The translations under genes and the position numbers were made by a program. 64,000 nt of DNA from Mobula hypostoma (lineage: Eukaryota). Positions 1 to 12,323 of this stretch are shown here, piece by piece. The stretch is taken from contig NC_086097.1 in the NCBI RefSeq assembly GCF_963921235.1, positions 177,694,001 to 177,758,000 of the forward strand, written 5' to 3'. Positions within the stretch are counted from its first letter, which is position 1, and every line of letters starts with the position of its first letter. The notes beneath the pieces were generated by a model. It was not told the DNA's origin. It worked only from the letters and a program-made list of their open reading frames with translations, and did not search any database.

Positions 1-128
1 ATCTCTGCATTTTGAATTCTCTCCCCATCTAAATAATAGTCTGCCCGTTTATTTCTACCACCAAAGTGCATGACCATACACTTTCCAACATTGTATTTCA
101 TTTGCCACTTCTTTGCCCATTCCCCTGA

Positions 129-1250
129 ATTTAATACAGATAAGTATGAGGTGTTGCATTTTGGGAGGATAAGCCAGAGTGGAGGAAAGATTCTACGAGT
201 GGTCCCCCACGTCCTTCTCACAGAGCAGTTTTTTTTTACGAGGCCGAGTTGCGAGCTCGACACTCAACCGGGCACAGATGGACAGCGTGCCCGGGAGCGG
301 CCCGACTGGATTCGAACTCGGGAACCTTCGCTCCGGAGTCCAGCACTGATGTCACTGCGCCACCAGAGGAGCTTTAGCACAGTGGCCTTCACAAATCAGG
401 GCACTGAGTACTAGAGTTGGGAAGTTATAGTGAAATTGCACAAGAAGCTGGTGAGGGTGAATTTGGAGTATTGTGTATAGTATTGGTCAGATATCAATAA
501 GCTCAAAAGAGTGCGAAGAGAATTTACAAGGACATTGCTGGGACTTGAGAACCTGAGTTACAGGGAAAGGTTGAATAGGTTAGAATTTTATTCTCCAGAT
601 TGCAGAAGAATTAAGGGAGGTCTTATGGAGGTATACAAGTAAATGAGGGGTATAGATACTGTGAATGCTTGTAGGCCCCTCAGGTTGGGTGAGATTAGAA
701 CTAGAGGTCATAGGCTTAGGATGAAGGATAAAATATTTAAGAGGAATCTGAGGGAAAATTTATTCACTCAGAGGATGGTGTAAGAGTGCAACAAGTTGCC
801 AGCAGAAGTGCTGGATGCAGATTCAATTGTAGTATTTATGAGAAGTTTGGATAGGTCCATGACGGGAAGGGTTTGGAGCCCACATCACTTGCCTAAGAGA
901 TTCTAAAACTCCTGGCTGGAGTGGATGTGGAGCAGATGTTTCCAGTAGCGGTAGAGTCTAGGATCAGAGAGCACAACCTTGGAATAAAAGGACATCTCTT
1001 TAGAATATACATGAAGAGGAATTTGTTCAGCCAGAGGTTGGTGAATCTGGAATTCATTGCCACAGATGGCCATAGAGACCAAGTCATTGAGTATATTTAA
1101 AGTGGAAGATGATGGGTTCTTGATTGGTAAGTGTGTCAAGGATAATGGAAAAAGGCAGGAAAATGTGGTTGAGAGGGAAAAATAAATCAGCCATGATCGA
1201 GTGGTGGAGCAGACTCGATGGGCTGAATGGCTGATCTCTGCTCCTATGCC
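129..1250 (+). mobile_element. Degraded CR1 3' fragments (at least two), interrupted by a SINE
   Basis: KYEVLHFGR, tagaactagaggtcatagg and CR1 3' UTR motifs. Confidence 0.7.
180..365 (-). mobile_element. tRNA-derived SINE with intact Pol III A and B boxes
   Basis: Minus strand A box TGGCGCAGTG (353-362) and B box GAGTTCGAATCC (308-319). CpG-rich, with a possible TSD CCAGAG (174-179, 363-368). Confidence 0.8.
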
Positions 1251-2450
1251 TTGGCATGCAGAGAAGCTTATATGACTGACTCAGATATTCTTTAAAGCAA
1301 AGATTCCTCTGTCAGAGCCCAGACCAGCAAGAAATGTGATTGAATCGATGCAACTAATATTAAATAAATGTCCTCAAAATATTGGCAGTCATTCCATGCA
1401 AATAATGGCATTTAAATAGCCTTGACATGTTCATTTTTATGTGTGTTAAGGCATTATTTCATCGGCAATAGACGACTTTACAGCCAAGGAAATAATATTT
1501 TTGATGAGAACATATGACTTTTATTACTTGCCAGTTTCTCTGTCCTGTGGAAAACAACTACTTTGACCTCAATGCAACTATTTTGAAGAATTAATTTGCC
1601 CATTGAGGATAAAGTTAATGTTCTCCCTACATTCAATGCTGTAGTATCATCCATATGGAACTCCAGTGGACATTGAAAACTGTAAATTGATGATAATACC
1701 ATGAATTTCAAGCATTTATTTGGTTATCTGCGAGGAGTGGCTGGAGCAGAGGAATCTGACGAGGCATCCAGTGGAGGTGTACTAAACAATGAGAGCCATA
1801 GATTCAAGTTCAAATCAAGCTTATTGTCACGTGCACAAGTAGAGTGAAAAACTTGCAGCAGCATCACGGGCACATGGGTACAGACAACACACAAATATAA
1901 ATTATACATAAATTATGAAGATCACACAATGTAATTGAAGACCCCACCCACTCCAGGCATTCTCTCTTTTCCCCATTTCCATGAGACAGAAGAGAGCAAA
2001 AGCCTAAAAACATACCACCGGGCTCAAGGGCAGCTTGTAGCCTTCTGTTATATGACTTTTGAATCGTCCCCTAGTACGACAAGGTGAACCCTTGACTTCA
2101 CAATCTATCTTGATGTATCCTTCCACCTTATTGTTCGCCTGCACTGCACTTTCTCTGTAATTGTAGCACTTTATTCTGAATTCTGTTATTGTTTTACCTT
2201 GTACTACCTCAGTGCACAGTTGTGATGAAATCATCTGTATGGATGGCATGTCAAGCAAGGATCTTCACTGTACCTTGGTACATGTGACAGTAATAAACCA
2301 AACCAAGAGAGAAGCAAAAGAATATGCACAAACTGGTCCTCAGTGCAAAAACAGACACCAATCAGAGACAAGCCTATTTTAACACAAGAGGTGATCCATA
2401 TTACTCCTTTGCAGAGGTAGAATGTATGAAGTATAGAGTAGTGGTTAGAG

Positions 2451-4379
2451 CAGTGTTTCCTAACCTTTTTTAGCCCAAACCCATCCCCAAAGCACTTTCA
2501 TACTTGCTAACACCCCCCCCCCCCAAAGCACCTTCATACTGTCCAGCGCCCCTCCTAGGCACAATATACTTTCCATCGCCCCCATAGTATAAAAACATGT
2601 CTACAATATGCTAACATAAGAAAAAAGATTCTGCTTTAATTTTTTATTTGTCTTTAAACCTAGCATACGCAGTATCTGTGTACTGTACAGCAGCTTCAAT
2701 ATCAATGTGGTCCTTGAGCTTGATGGTTCTTTAGCAAGAGTTGAAATATCTGGTTCAAGTTGTGACAGCAAAAACTTTTAAGTCTCCACGCTAGTGTCTC
2801 ATTGGTGTCTGTTTTCTTCTGAGTACGTGATTCACTGCACTGAAGTCTCTTGCAACAAGGTAGGAAGATGGAAATGTGATGAACAGCGGATTCTCTCTTC
2901 TCCGAAGACCAGGAAACTGTATGACATTGTAGCTCCATACCACAAAAGCTGACTTTTTTAAAAAAGCATTTTTGCTTCATCATTCTGAATTTTGATAATT
3001 TCTTGCAAGCTTTCTTCCTATTCTTCCCCTTGCAAAGAAATGAGTTAGTTACCCAGTCCAGAATTTCCAGGTTGTTCAAATCCTCGAATCGCTTCTGAAA
3101 ACCTTTCTTCAGTGATTGCAGGTGTCAGCAGTACACTTGCAAATCACCATCCATGAAAGAGGATGCCATACTGTCCGTACAGCGAAACAGTGACTGCATT
3201 CTTCTCCCAATGTTCTGCTTGTATATTTCCAATTTTCCGATAAAAGTGCATACTGCATTTTTTGCCTGGATTAAATTGAAATTCTCATCCTGCAGTTTAA
3301 TATTTATAGTTTTTAGTGCGTCAGACAGTTTGGCAAGGTATGCCATATCTCCACATAGAAGTTCAATCATGTTTCTCAAGCTCTTGTCAACTTTGAGCAA
3401 AAATTTAACCATTGCCAAAAAGATCAAAGAAACGTTTTAAGCTGCAGCCTTTTGATAGCCAGTGCACTTCAGTCTGATGAAGCAAGCATTCAGACTCTTC
3501 ATCATTATCTTGGCATAACTGGCAAAACATTCTGCTATTTAATGGACAAGCTGTTATTTTGTTGATAACATATATTACGAGTCATGTTTGGAAAAAGTTG
3601 CTGGCTGAGGTTTTTGGCTGCAAGAGGTTGATGTACATATTTATCTATCACTAATGGTGGGGAATGCCTATCAGTTATTGACAATGGCAGTGAGTTGACA
3701 CAGATGGAGCGACGGTAACCGCATGCAAAGGAACAGAGAGGTGAAGATGATTATCATAACAGCAAAAATTACATTAACAAGGATTTGGATTGGAATCTGA
3801 ACGTTAGTCGGGATAGAACTGGTGTTTGACAAGCTAACTTTATAGTGTTCCAGTTACTGCATTGACCAATCATTTAAGGTCTCATAATCCCCAAAAGTGG
3901 TTCTTGACCATCCATGTGAAGCCAAGGTCGCTCTGAACACCTCAAGAGGAATCCTCTGGGTCATAGGTTCACTGATTGGCTCTATTTCACCACTTGGTTC
4001 CAGCCATCGCTGTATTGTTGTGTGACCCATTTTCCGTAGGTCTGTAGAGAAAGTTGAGAGGGTATACTTGACTTGCCAACTTTAAATGGCGTGAACTTGT
4101 TCAGTGCTGCGAGTCAAAGGGAACGGTTGGGTACGCTGGTTGCCAATTTATGCATTCCCAATAATGTTTGTTTGATTTGTAAGGTCAGATGAGATTGCCA
4201 AGTTTCAGACATGTGATGACGAGTGTTTACCACCTGCAGGGCTACGGTTCTTCCAGTGTTCTAGTGCCTCATGCCTCAGCCTTTGATTTGGAAGGTACTA
4301 ACGGTCAGCCAGGCCTTGTGCCTCGAGTTAAGATGCCACTTACTTTGGACGCCATAACTGCCCCCGTTGGGAATCACTG
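2451..4379 (-). mobile_element. hAT (Buster/Charlie-type) DNA transposon, internally deleted copy A
   Basis: TIRs CAGTGTTTCCTAAC.. / ..TTGGGAATCACTG and degenerate 8-bp TSD GGTTAGAG/GGTGACAG. Minus-strand transposase remnants HQPLAAKNLS, TEVHWLSKG, AYLAKLSD..NIKLQ and a C-terminal dimerisation region, with stops and frameshifts. Confidence 0.85.
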
Positions 4380-4670
4380 GGTGACAGTAATGCTTCACAG
4401 TGCCAGTGATCAGGGTTCAGTTCCCTCTGCAGTCTGTAAGCAGTTTGTATGTTCTTCCTGTGAGTGTGGATTTCCTTCAGGTGCTCTGGTTTCCTCCCAC
4501 ATAATTCCAGAGATGTACAGGTAGTGAGTTGTGGGCATGATCTGTTGGAGCCATAAGCACTTGTATGGTGACCCCTGCACATTCTTGGACTGTGTTGGTC
4601 ATTGACACAAGCAACACATTTTACTGTGTGGTTTGATGTACAAGTGACAAATAAAGCTTATCTTTATCTT
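4380..4670 (+). mobile_element. tRNA-derived V-SINE/HE1-like SINE whose 5' end is split by hAT copy A
   Basis: gggttcagttccc..gtttgtatgttctt..ggtttcctcccacat core. Related copies near 7660-7960(+), 20870-21040(-), 34715-35010(-), 40820-40960(-), 41845-42030(-) and 43230-43510(-). Confidence 0.65.
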
Positions 4671-6131
4671 TAGATAGTAGGAAACCCTCAGGACAGAAGT
4701 CTAAAACCATAAGTGTGGATTTAAGATAAAACGTAAGAGGTTTAAAAGAGAGACTTGAGACTGCTGCTGCTGGACTCAGTGGATCAGGATGTATCTGAGG
4801 CAATCAGTGAACTCTGGGTCAGGAAGAATCTGAGGCAAAGGGATGGTGGATGTTTTGGGTTGAAACTCTGGATCAGGACTGAGTGTTTTAAGAAGAGAGT
4901 CAGTTTAAAGAGGGGAGAGGGAAAGGTGAGGTAAGGGGCTGGTCAGTCAAGTCAACGGTTTTCCATTGAGGCACCCCCAAAGCAGCCCCTGTCTGATGTA
5001 AAGCTCACCTCACCATGAATGAAAAGATGTAATTTCCCCCATTCTCACACCCCACCACCTCTCTGCCTGGTGGTGTATGGCTTTCAGTGAAGTAAATTCA
5101 GAGATCAAGAGTGCATCTTTATCATATGAAAGGCCCTTTTCAAGAGTCTGAAAACAGCATAGAAGCTGTCCCTGAGCCTGGTGATACATGTTCTCAAGCC
5201 GTTGTTTCATCTTCCTGACTGTAAAATGGAAAATACAGAATGATTAGACACAAGAGATGCTGCAAATCTGGAGCAACACATGGCAAGTGTATATGGAATT
5301 AACTGAGAGGAGGCTAGTTTTGTGTGATAGCTGGGGATGTACCAACAACTCTGAAACTTCTTGAGGTCTTGAGCTGAGCAGTTGTCATACCAAACCGTGA
5401 TGCATCAAGACCTCCCTATCCCTGAATTCCTGTACAGTCAGTTGTGTATATTGGTCAGAATGATCATTTACCCTATTAGTTTGGAATATTTTCTTGTCGA
5501 GTCTTACGGAACAATAACCAATGCAAATCTTCCGTGGTATTATTTAAGGCTTGGAGTTTACTGACCACACTCACTTTCTCTATTTCTGCACAATCACTTG
5601 GCCGGGCTTTCTAGCCAAGACAAGACTTTCAAGACCCAATATCCTGCCCCAACCTCTCACAAGAGAGGGTGCAAAGGAAGGTACCAGGAAGCTGTCTGGA
5701 TTAGACAGCATGTTGTATGAGGATGTGTTGAGCAAGATGGGACTTTTCCCTCCTGAACAAAGGAGGATGAGGAGTAACTTAGCAGATGTGTGCAAAGTGT
5801 TAAGAGGCATAGATAGAGTGGACAGCCAGCGTCTTTTTCTCAGGGTGGAAATGGCTACTATGAGAGGGCATTCTTTTAAAAGAATGTCAGAGGTAGGTTT
5901 TTTTTCATGGAGAGTTGTGGGTGCATGGAGTGCGCTGCCAGGGGTGATGGCAGAGACAGAAATATTAGGGATGTTTAATAGAATCAAAATGGATGAAAGA
6001 AAAATGGAGGGCTATGTGGGAAGGAAGGGTTAGATTGGTCTTAGAGTAGGCTAAAGGGTCGGCAAAACATCGTGGGTCAAAGGGCCTGTGCTGTGCAATG
6101 TTGTTCTATGTTGTATGATATAAAGTGCAAA

Positions 6132-7454
6132 GTCATTGCAAAGTGCTTTGAGAGACTGGTTCTATCACATCTGAAATCCTTCTGCCCACTACCCTGGACC
6201 CCCATCAATTTGCCTATCGCACCAACAGGTCAACAGAGGACGCCATCTCCACAGCACTTCACTCTGCCCTGACCCACCTGAACAGTCACAACTCTTACGT
6301 CAGAGTGCTGTTCATTGACTTTAGTTCAGCATTCAATACTGTGATTCCCTCCAAGCTGATCGCCAAACTTCGCCAGCTTGGTATCAGCTCATCCCTCTGC
6401 AATTGGACCTTGGACTTTCTGACTAACAGACTCCAATCAGTTAAGTTAGACAACCTCTCATCCTCCACTCTCACCCTGAACACCGGCGTGCCTCAAGGCT
6501 GTATGCTGAGCCCTCTTCTGTACTCCCTTTTCACCTATGACTGTGTTCCTGCATGTGGTTCTAACTCCATAATCAAGTTTGCAGATGACACCATGGTGGT
6601 TGGCCTGATCAGAGGGGATGATGAGACGGCCTACAGGGACGAGGTCCAGCACCTGGCTGCGTGGTGTGTCGACAACAACCTGGCCCTTAACACCCAGAAG
6701 ACCAAGGAGATCATTGTGGACTTCAGGCATGCTAGGAGCCACACTCACGTCCCCATCTACATCAACGGAGCTGTAGTAGAGCGTGTATCAAGCTTCAAAT
6801 TCCTTGGTGTCCACATTTCCGAGGATCTCACCGGGTCCCTGAACTCCTTCATCCTGATCAAAAAGGCGCAATAGCATCTTTATTTCCTGCAGAGCATGAA
6901 GAAAGCTCACCTCTGTCCCAGGATACTGACGGACTTTTACCGCTGTACCATTGAGAGCATACTCACCAACTGCATTTCAGTGTGGTATGGCAATTGTCCT
7001 GTATCAGACCGCAAAGCACTCCAGCGTGTGGTGAAGACTGCCCAGCGGATTCTCAGCACCCAATTGCCCACCATTGAGAACATCTACCATAAACGCTGCC
7101 TGGGCAGGGCGAAAAGCATTATCATGGATGCATCTCACCCTAACCATGGACTTTTTACTCTCCTCCCATCCGGTAGGTGCTACAGGAGCCTCCACTCCTG
7201 CACCAACAGGCACAGGAAGAGCTTCTTCCCTGAGGCTGTGACCCTGCTGAACCTCACATCACAGCGCTAAGCAGTATTGCATCTGTATTGTACTGTCTCA
7301 GTACTTTTATATTTGTGTGCTATAGCACTTCCTTTTTATTCACAGCTATTTTGTAAATAACACTATTCTTTGCATTTCTGGTTAGATGCTAACTGCATTT
7401 CATTGGCTTCGTATCTGTACTCGGCCCAATGACAATAAAGTTGAATCTAATCTA
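6132..7454 (+). mobile_element. 5'-truncated Rex1/Babar LINE, well preserved (RT plus C-terminal domain plus 3' UTR)
   Basis: [26 protein letters not shown] and [10 protein letters not shown]. ORFs 6305-6874 and 6896-7270 are in one frame split by a single TAG. Tail aataaagttgaatctaatcta. Confidence 0.9.
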
Positions 7455-8704
7455 TAATTGGAAAACACAAATGGGTTGGGTTGGTGCAAACTAGATTCAC
7501 CTTTGAACAATGACAAAGCTCTACCCATGAGCTTGGCTGTGAATCAAAGCTAAGGATTGCTTTTGAAATGTTTCTGAATGTTGTTACTATTCAGAAACAA
7601 TACAATTAAGAGATCATTATATATTTAAAATTGTTTAAAGGACAGTCACTCCACAGAGCATGGCATGGTGATGCTGCTGCCTCACTGCTCCCTAGACCGA
7701 GGTTCAACCCTGAGCTCGGGTGTTGTCTGTGTGGACTTTGCACATTCTCCCTGAGGCCATGTGGGTTCCCCTATTCGCTCAGCTTTCCTCCCACATTGTA
7801 AAGCTGGGTTGGTAGGTTAACTGTCTCTAGTGAGCAAGTAAAGGTTAGAATCTTGAGGGAGGGTTGGTGGGAATGTGGAGTGAATTGATCAAAGGAAACT
7901 GCGGTGGAATAGGATTTCTCTGTTAGCCGAAATAGGCTCAATAGGTCAAATGGCTCCTACATCATAATCCCCATTAATATTTTAAGTAATTAAAAACAGT
8001 ACAGCACCTGCAAAGAAGTTAAAGAGAATGTAACAAGCATATTTTGGGTCTTTTCTCCCCCCTACCTTTCCTCTTCCCCATCCCCATCCCCTTCCTCTGT
8101 AAAAAAAAAAGCCCCAATAAAGTATGTCGTCTGATGACTCCCATGCAGATCTAACCTAATGCAAAGCCTATGAAATGGTCTGAGTTCAGAGGATCTAGCA
8201 AGTTAATGCCTCACCATGGGCTACATCCAGAGGTTTGTGTTTCATCAACCTGAAAAGACCCTACTCCTGCAAAAATGTCTGAGTTAAAATTATAAGTATA
8301 CAGAAGGATTGGGCTTTAGGAAATCATTCTGAGTTCAAAAGTTCTGTCAAGATCACAATGTGCATTCACACCCATGGCATTAGCACCAAAGTTCAGCCTG
8401 TCTTCACAACTTCTCTCTAAAACAAGGGTGGTCATTTCCAGATGTAAAAGTAGAAGAACTTCTCTCACAGAGTCTTAAGTCTGAGTATCCTCTCCCCACA
8501 GAACTGAGGCAGATCATCGAATATGTTTCAGGTTGTGCCTTTGATTTTTATACTATGGGGGAGTTGAGAATTATGGGGAGTGAGCAAGGATATAATGAAT
8601 CATTTATAGAAATCAAAAAAAATTCTGCAACTACTGACTATCTGAAATAAAAACAGAAAATGCTGGGAAAACTCAGCAGATTGGGCAGCATTTGTGTTGA
8701 TATA

Positions 8705-9384
8705 CAGTGGATTCTGGTTAATTGGGACACATTTTGACCTAATTAAATGGTTGCCCCAATTAGCCAAAGTTTCATGGAAAAATTTATAAAGGTATAAAAA
8801 CAACAAACTAGCACTTAACTGAGTAACAAATAATGTATTTAAATGAAATGCACAACAAATTAGAGCACTATCAATACTACTACAGTACTATAAAACTCTA
8901 TTAGTTCCTAATGGTTATAGACAGGGGAAATCGTCCAGAGTATGTTGTTGTGTTCTTTTGATTAATTTTAAATGAGCAAAATCAGCACAATTAATCGAGT
9001 AAAGATCATGGACTGCCTTCAAACAATATTTACAATAATTGCATCCTCTGAATCTTCTTTTTCATTGTAAAATTCAAGATTATCGTCAAAACCTTAATTC
9101 TGCGTACCGTAGTTCCTAACTTGTTGAAGTAGTGAAATTGTTCCATTTTCACACCCGGCCGTTTCTGGCATATCCAAGCCCGAATGCTTGAAACCACAGT
9201 GAGCAAAGCAGTCTGGATTTGTCCTGCTGCTTATTTCTCGCCAAATATAAGTGACTAAAACACTGCTTTTTTGAACACAAACACATGTCAATATCACTAT
9301 TTTAAAAACTGTTTGCTCTGAGCACTGTGGTGTCTAATGCTCAACAAGTGCATGTAACTGTTGCTAGTTAGAATGCACTCACTG
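8705..9384. mobile_element. Tc1/mariner (pogo/Tigger-like) non-autonomous element
   Basis: TA|CAGTG...CACTG|TA ends, with the right TIR degenerate. Minus-strand remnant CFAHCGF resembles pogo/Tigger transposase C-termini. Confidence 0.55.
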
Positions 9385-9504
9385 TATATAGTTGTATATT
9401 TACAGGTGTATAAAATCATGTGGGACAGAAAGAAAGTGAAACCCTGGGATCAGCATGAATTAGTTGGGCAGAATGGCTTGTTTCCCTGCTGTATAATTTT
9501 TAAC

Positions 9505-9890
9505 ATGAGAGATTCTGCATATATTGGAAAACCAGACTAAAACACACAAAAGACTGGAGGAACTCAGCAGGTCCGCTAGCATCCATGGAAAGGAATAAGC
9601 AGTTGGCGTTTCTGGTCAAGACGCTTCATCAGGATTGGAAAGGAAGAGAGAGGAAGGTGATAGGTGCTAGATAAAGCCAGGTGAGGGGGGATAACAGTGG
9701 GTTGAAGTGAGAAGCTTGTGAGGTGATAAGTGGAAAAAGTAAAGGGTCGAAAAAGAAGGAACCTGATAGGAAAAGAGAATGGACTGGGGAGAAAGGGAAG
9801 GATGAGTAGCACTAGAGGGAGGCGATTGCAAGTGAGGAGGGGAAAAAAAGGGGTAAGAGGTGAACTGGAATGGAAAGTGAGAAGGGTGGG
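9505..9890 (-). mobile_element. Penelope-like pLTR remnant with hammerhead core
   Basis: Same repeat family as 22370-22520; minus strand 9600-9637 reads CAATC-CTGATGA-AGCGTCTTGACCA-GAAAC-GCC-AACTG. Confidence 0.7.
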
Positions 9891-11789
9891 GGGGGGGGGA
9901 CTTTGGATACTGTGTGGAGTTTGCATGCATTCCTTGTGACCAAGTGGATTTCCCTTGTGTGTTCCAGTTTCTGCACCCATGAAGACGTGCGAGACAGTGT
10001 TGTAACCACTGTAAATTACCTCCAGTGTGTAGGTGAGGGTTAGAATGTGAGGAGAATTGAGGGGAATCAGATTAGATGAGATTGGTGTCCAATTAGTTAT
10101 AAGGTAGTTAACGTTTTTATGCAGAGGGTGGTTGGGCCGTTTATGGAATGAGCTGCCAGAGGAAGTGACTGAGTCAAGTTAGCAATGCTCAGAAGGTACT
10201 TGGACAGAAATATGGATAGAATATGGGCCAACCTTTGTCAAGTGGGATTAGCAAAGATCGGCATGGACCAGTAGGGCTAAAGGGGTCTGTTTCTGTGCCG
10301 TCTGACTGTGACTGTACACAAAATGGAACAAAAAATCATGGACAGCAGAGGGCGTATTTCTTAGCATAGTCTGAAAGGCCTCTGACTGTGCTGTACAACT
10401 CTGAAATGTATTAATTAAATAGTAGTTCAATCAGCTTTCTGATGTGGTCCTGTTTTCATGCTCCTTGTGTCTGCCTGACCTTCTCAAGGGCTTTGTTGGT
10501 GAAATCCACCTCCTGAGGAACAGGAACAAACTAAGCTGCCTGCTGTTCTAGAAACATATTTTTGTTGCTATGGAAAATGCAAGTTAAATCATCCAGAACT
10601 GGTCTTTCCCCCTTCCCTGATTTACTATGTCATGCATGTACAGTTCAAGGAGGTTATTCTAGTCTTTCGTTGTGCACAGCTCCTACTTTTAAAGCAATTC
10701 CACCCTTCTACATGCGCACCAAAAGCAAACAGTGCCTTTCCAGTTCTGGTGGAGTGCTGGGTAACATTCATTTCGAGTGCATCCTGCTTTGTTCTGTGTT
10801 TGTATAGCCTCCTGCCAGAGGGGCTGTGCATCCTGTCTCTGCCCCCCTCCACCTCACTGGAGTAGTGCTGTGGCGTCAGTCTCAGCTTGAGCACTTATCC
10901 ATTGGGACAGCTCATTCAGATGGTGCTGTGTATCAGTCCTTGTTCATACCCCATCCTGGCAGCTGTTTCTGAAGTGATGCTTACTGAACCCTCCTAGATG
11001 TGTTTTTTTTCTAGAGAAAATCCCACTGCCTGGAAAGTAATGGGGAGTATATTTCATACTGGAACACAGGCTCTTCAGCCCACAATATGTGTGCAGAGCA
11101 AGATGCCCAATTAAAGTAATCCTTCTGCCTGCCCATGATCCATATCCCTCCATTCCTTTTATATTTGTTTAAGAGCTGTTAAACGCCACCGTCATATCAG
11201 GAAATCTTATGATTACAAGTTAAGACAATATTCGAATAATTTCAGTCACATGCTAAGATACTATTAGATGTAAAATCATCATTGGTTAGTTAGAATTATT
11301 TTCTGCCAAACCCAGCCTGGATACAACATCAGTTCCTTATATTGACACCTCCCCCTTTCTCTCGAACATTCTGCCCCCCTGTGCTATCCTTCCCATATTT
11401 AGTTATGCCTCAAAATGCTTTGGTATGACCAGATAATTCCTTATTTGAACCTTTATCTAGCATTTTCAGAGAGCAATGGATCGTAGGTCACCTGTTGCTG
11501 GGTAAGGTTTCTTGCTGACTTGTTCAACAACAGTAAGCTAAGGTGCCCATAAAGTGATTGATCATTAGCTAATCACTGTTCTTGGTATTTACCTATCCCT
11601 CTACTCTATCACACTTCCCGGCTGTGCATTACTGACACCTACCTTTGTATGTTAAAAACAGGTAAATAAATAAATGAATTGCTCTGCACATCCCCTATCC
11701 TTGGTACTGCAACTGTTCTCAAGACCACAAGAAAGTGCAGGGAGTTAGGGAGAGCTCAGACATCACAGAAACAGCCTCCTCCCCATGGA

Positions 11790-12323
11790 GTCATTACTTG
11801 AGGAAGGATATACTGGCTTTGGAGATGGTGCAGAGGACGTTCACCAGGTTGATTCCAAAGATGAGGGGGTTAGACTATGAGGAGAGATTGAGTCGCCTGG
11901 GACTGTACTCACTGGAATTCAGAAGAATGAGAGGACATCTTGTAGAAACATAAAATTATGAAAGGGATAGATAAGATAGAGGCAGGAAAGTTGTTTCCAC
12001 TGGTAGATGACACTAGAACTAGGGGACATAGCCTCAAGACTCGGGGGAGTAAATTTAGGATGGAGATGAGGAGGAACTGCTTTTCCCAGAGAGTGGTGAA
12101 TATGTGGAATTCTCTGCCCAATGAAGTAGTGGAGGCTACCTGAGTAAATATACTTAAGACAAGGTTGGATAGATTTTTGCATAATAGGGGACGAGGGTTA
12201 CAGGGAAAAGGCAGGTAGGTTGAGATGAGTCCATGGCCAAATCAGCCATGATCTTATTAAATGGCAGAGCAGGCTCAATGGGCAAGGTGGTCTACTCCTG
12301 CTCCTATTTCTTATGTTCTTATG
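11790..12323 (+). mobile_element. CR1 3' fragment inserted into a Rex1 remnant
   Basis: LGLYSLEFRRMRG..FSQRVVNMWN and a tail ttcttatgttcttatg. The flanks rejoin as Rex1-type cagcctcc..catgg|actccatct. Confidence 0.8.

Noticed and set aside
300..365. tRNA gene
   Set aside because: A and B boxes are present, but no acceptor stem or cloverleaf is evident and the sequence continues into a SINE body.
11470..11501. Possible micro-exon (ttttcag|..ctgg|gtaagg)
   Set aside because: Splice signals are plausible, but 32 nt does not fit a frame-preserving exon ahead of the 46550 candidate and there is no recognisable CHST9 similarity. Needs RNA-seq.
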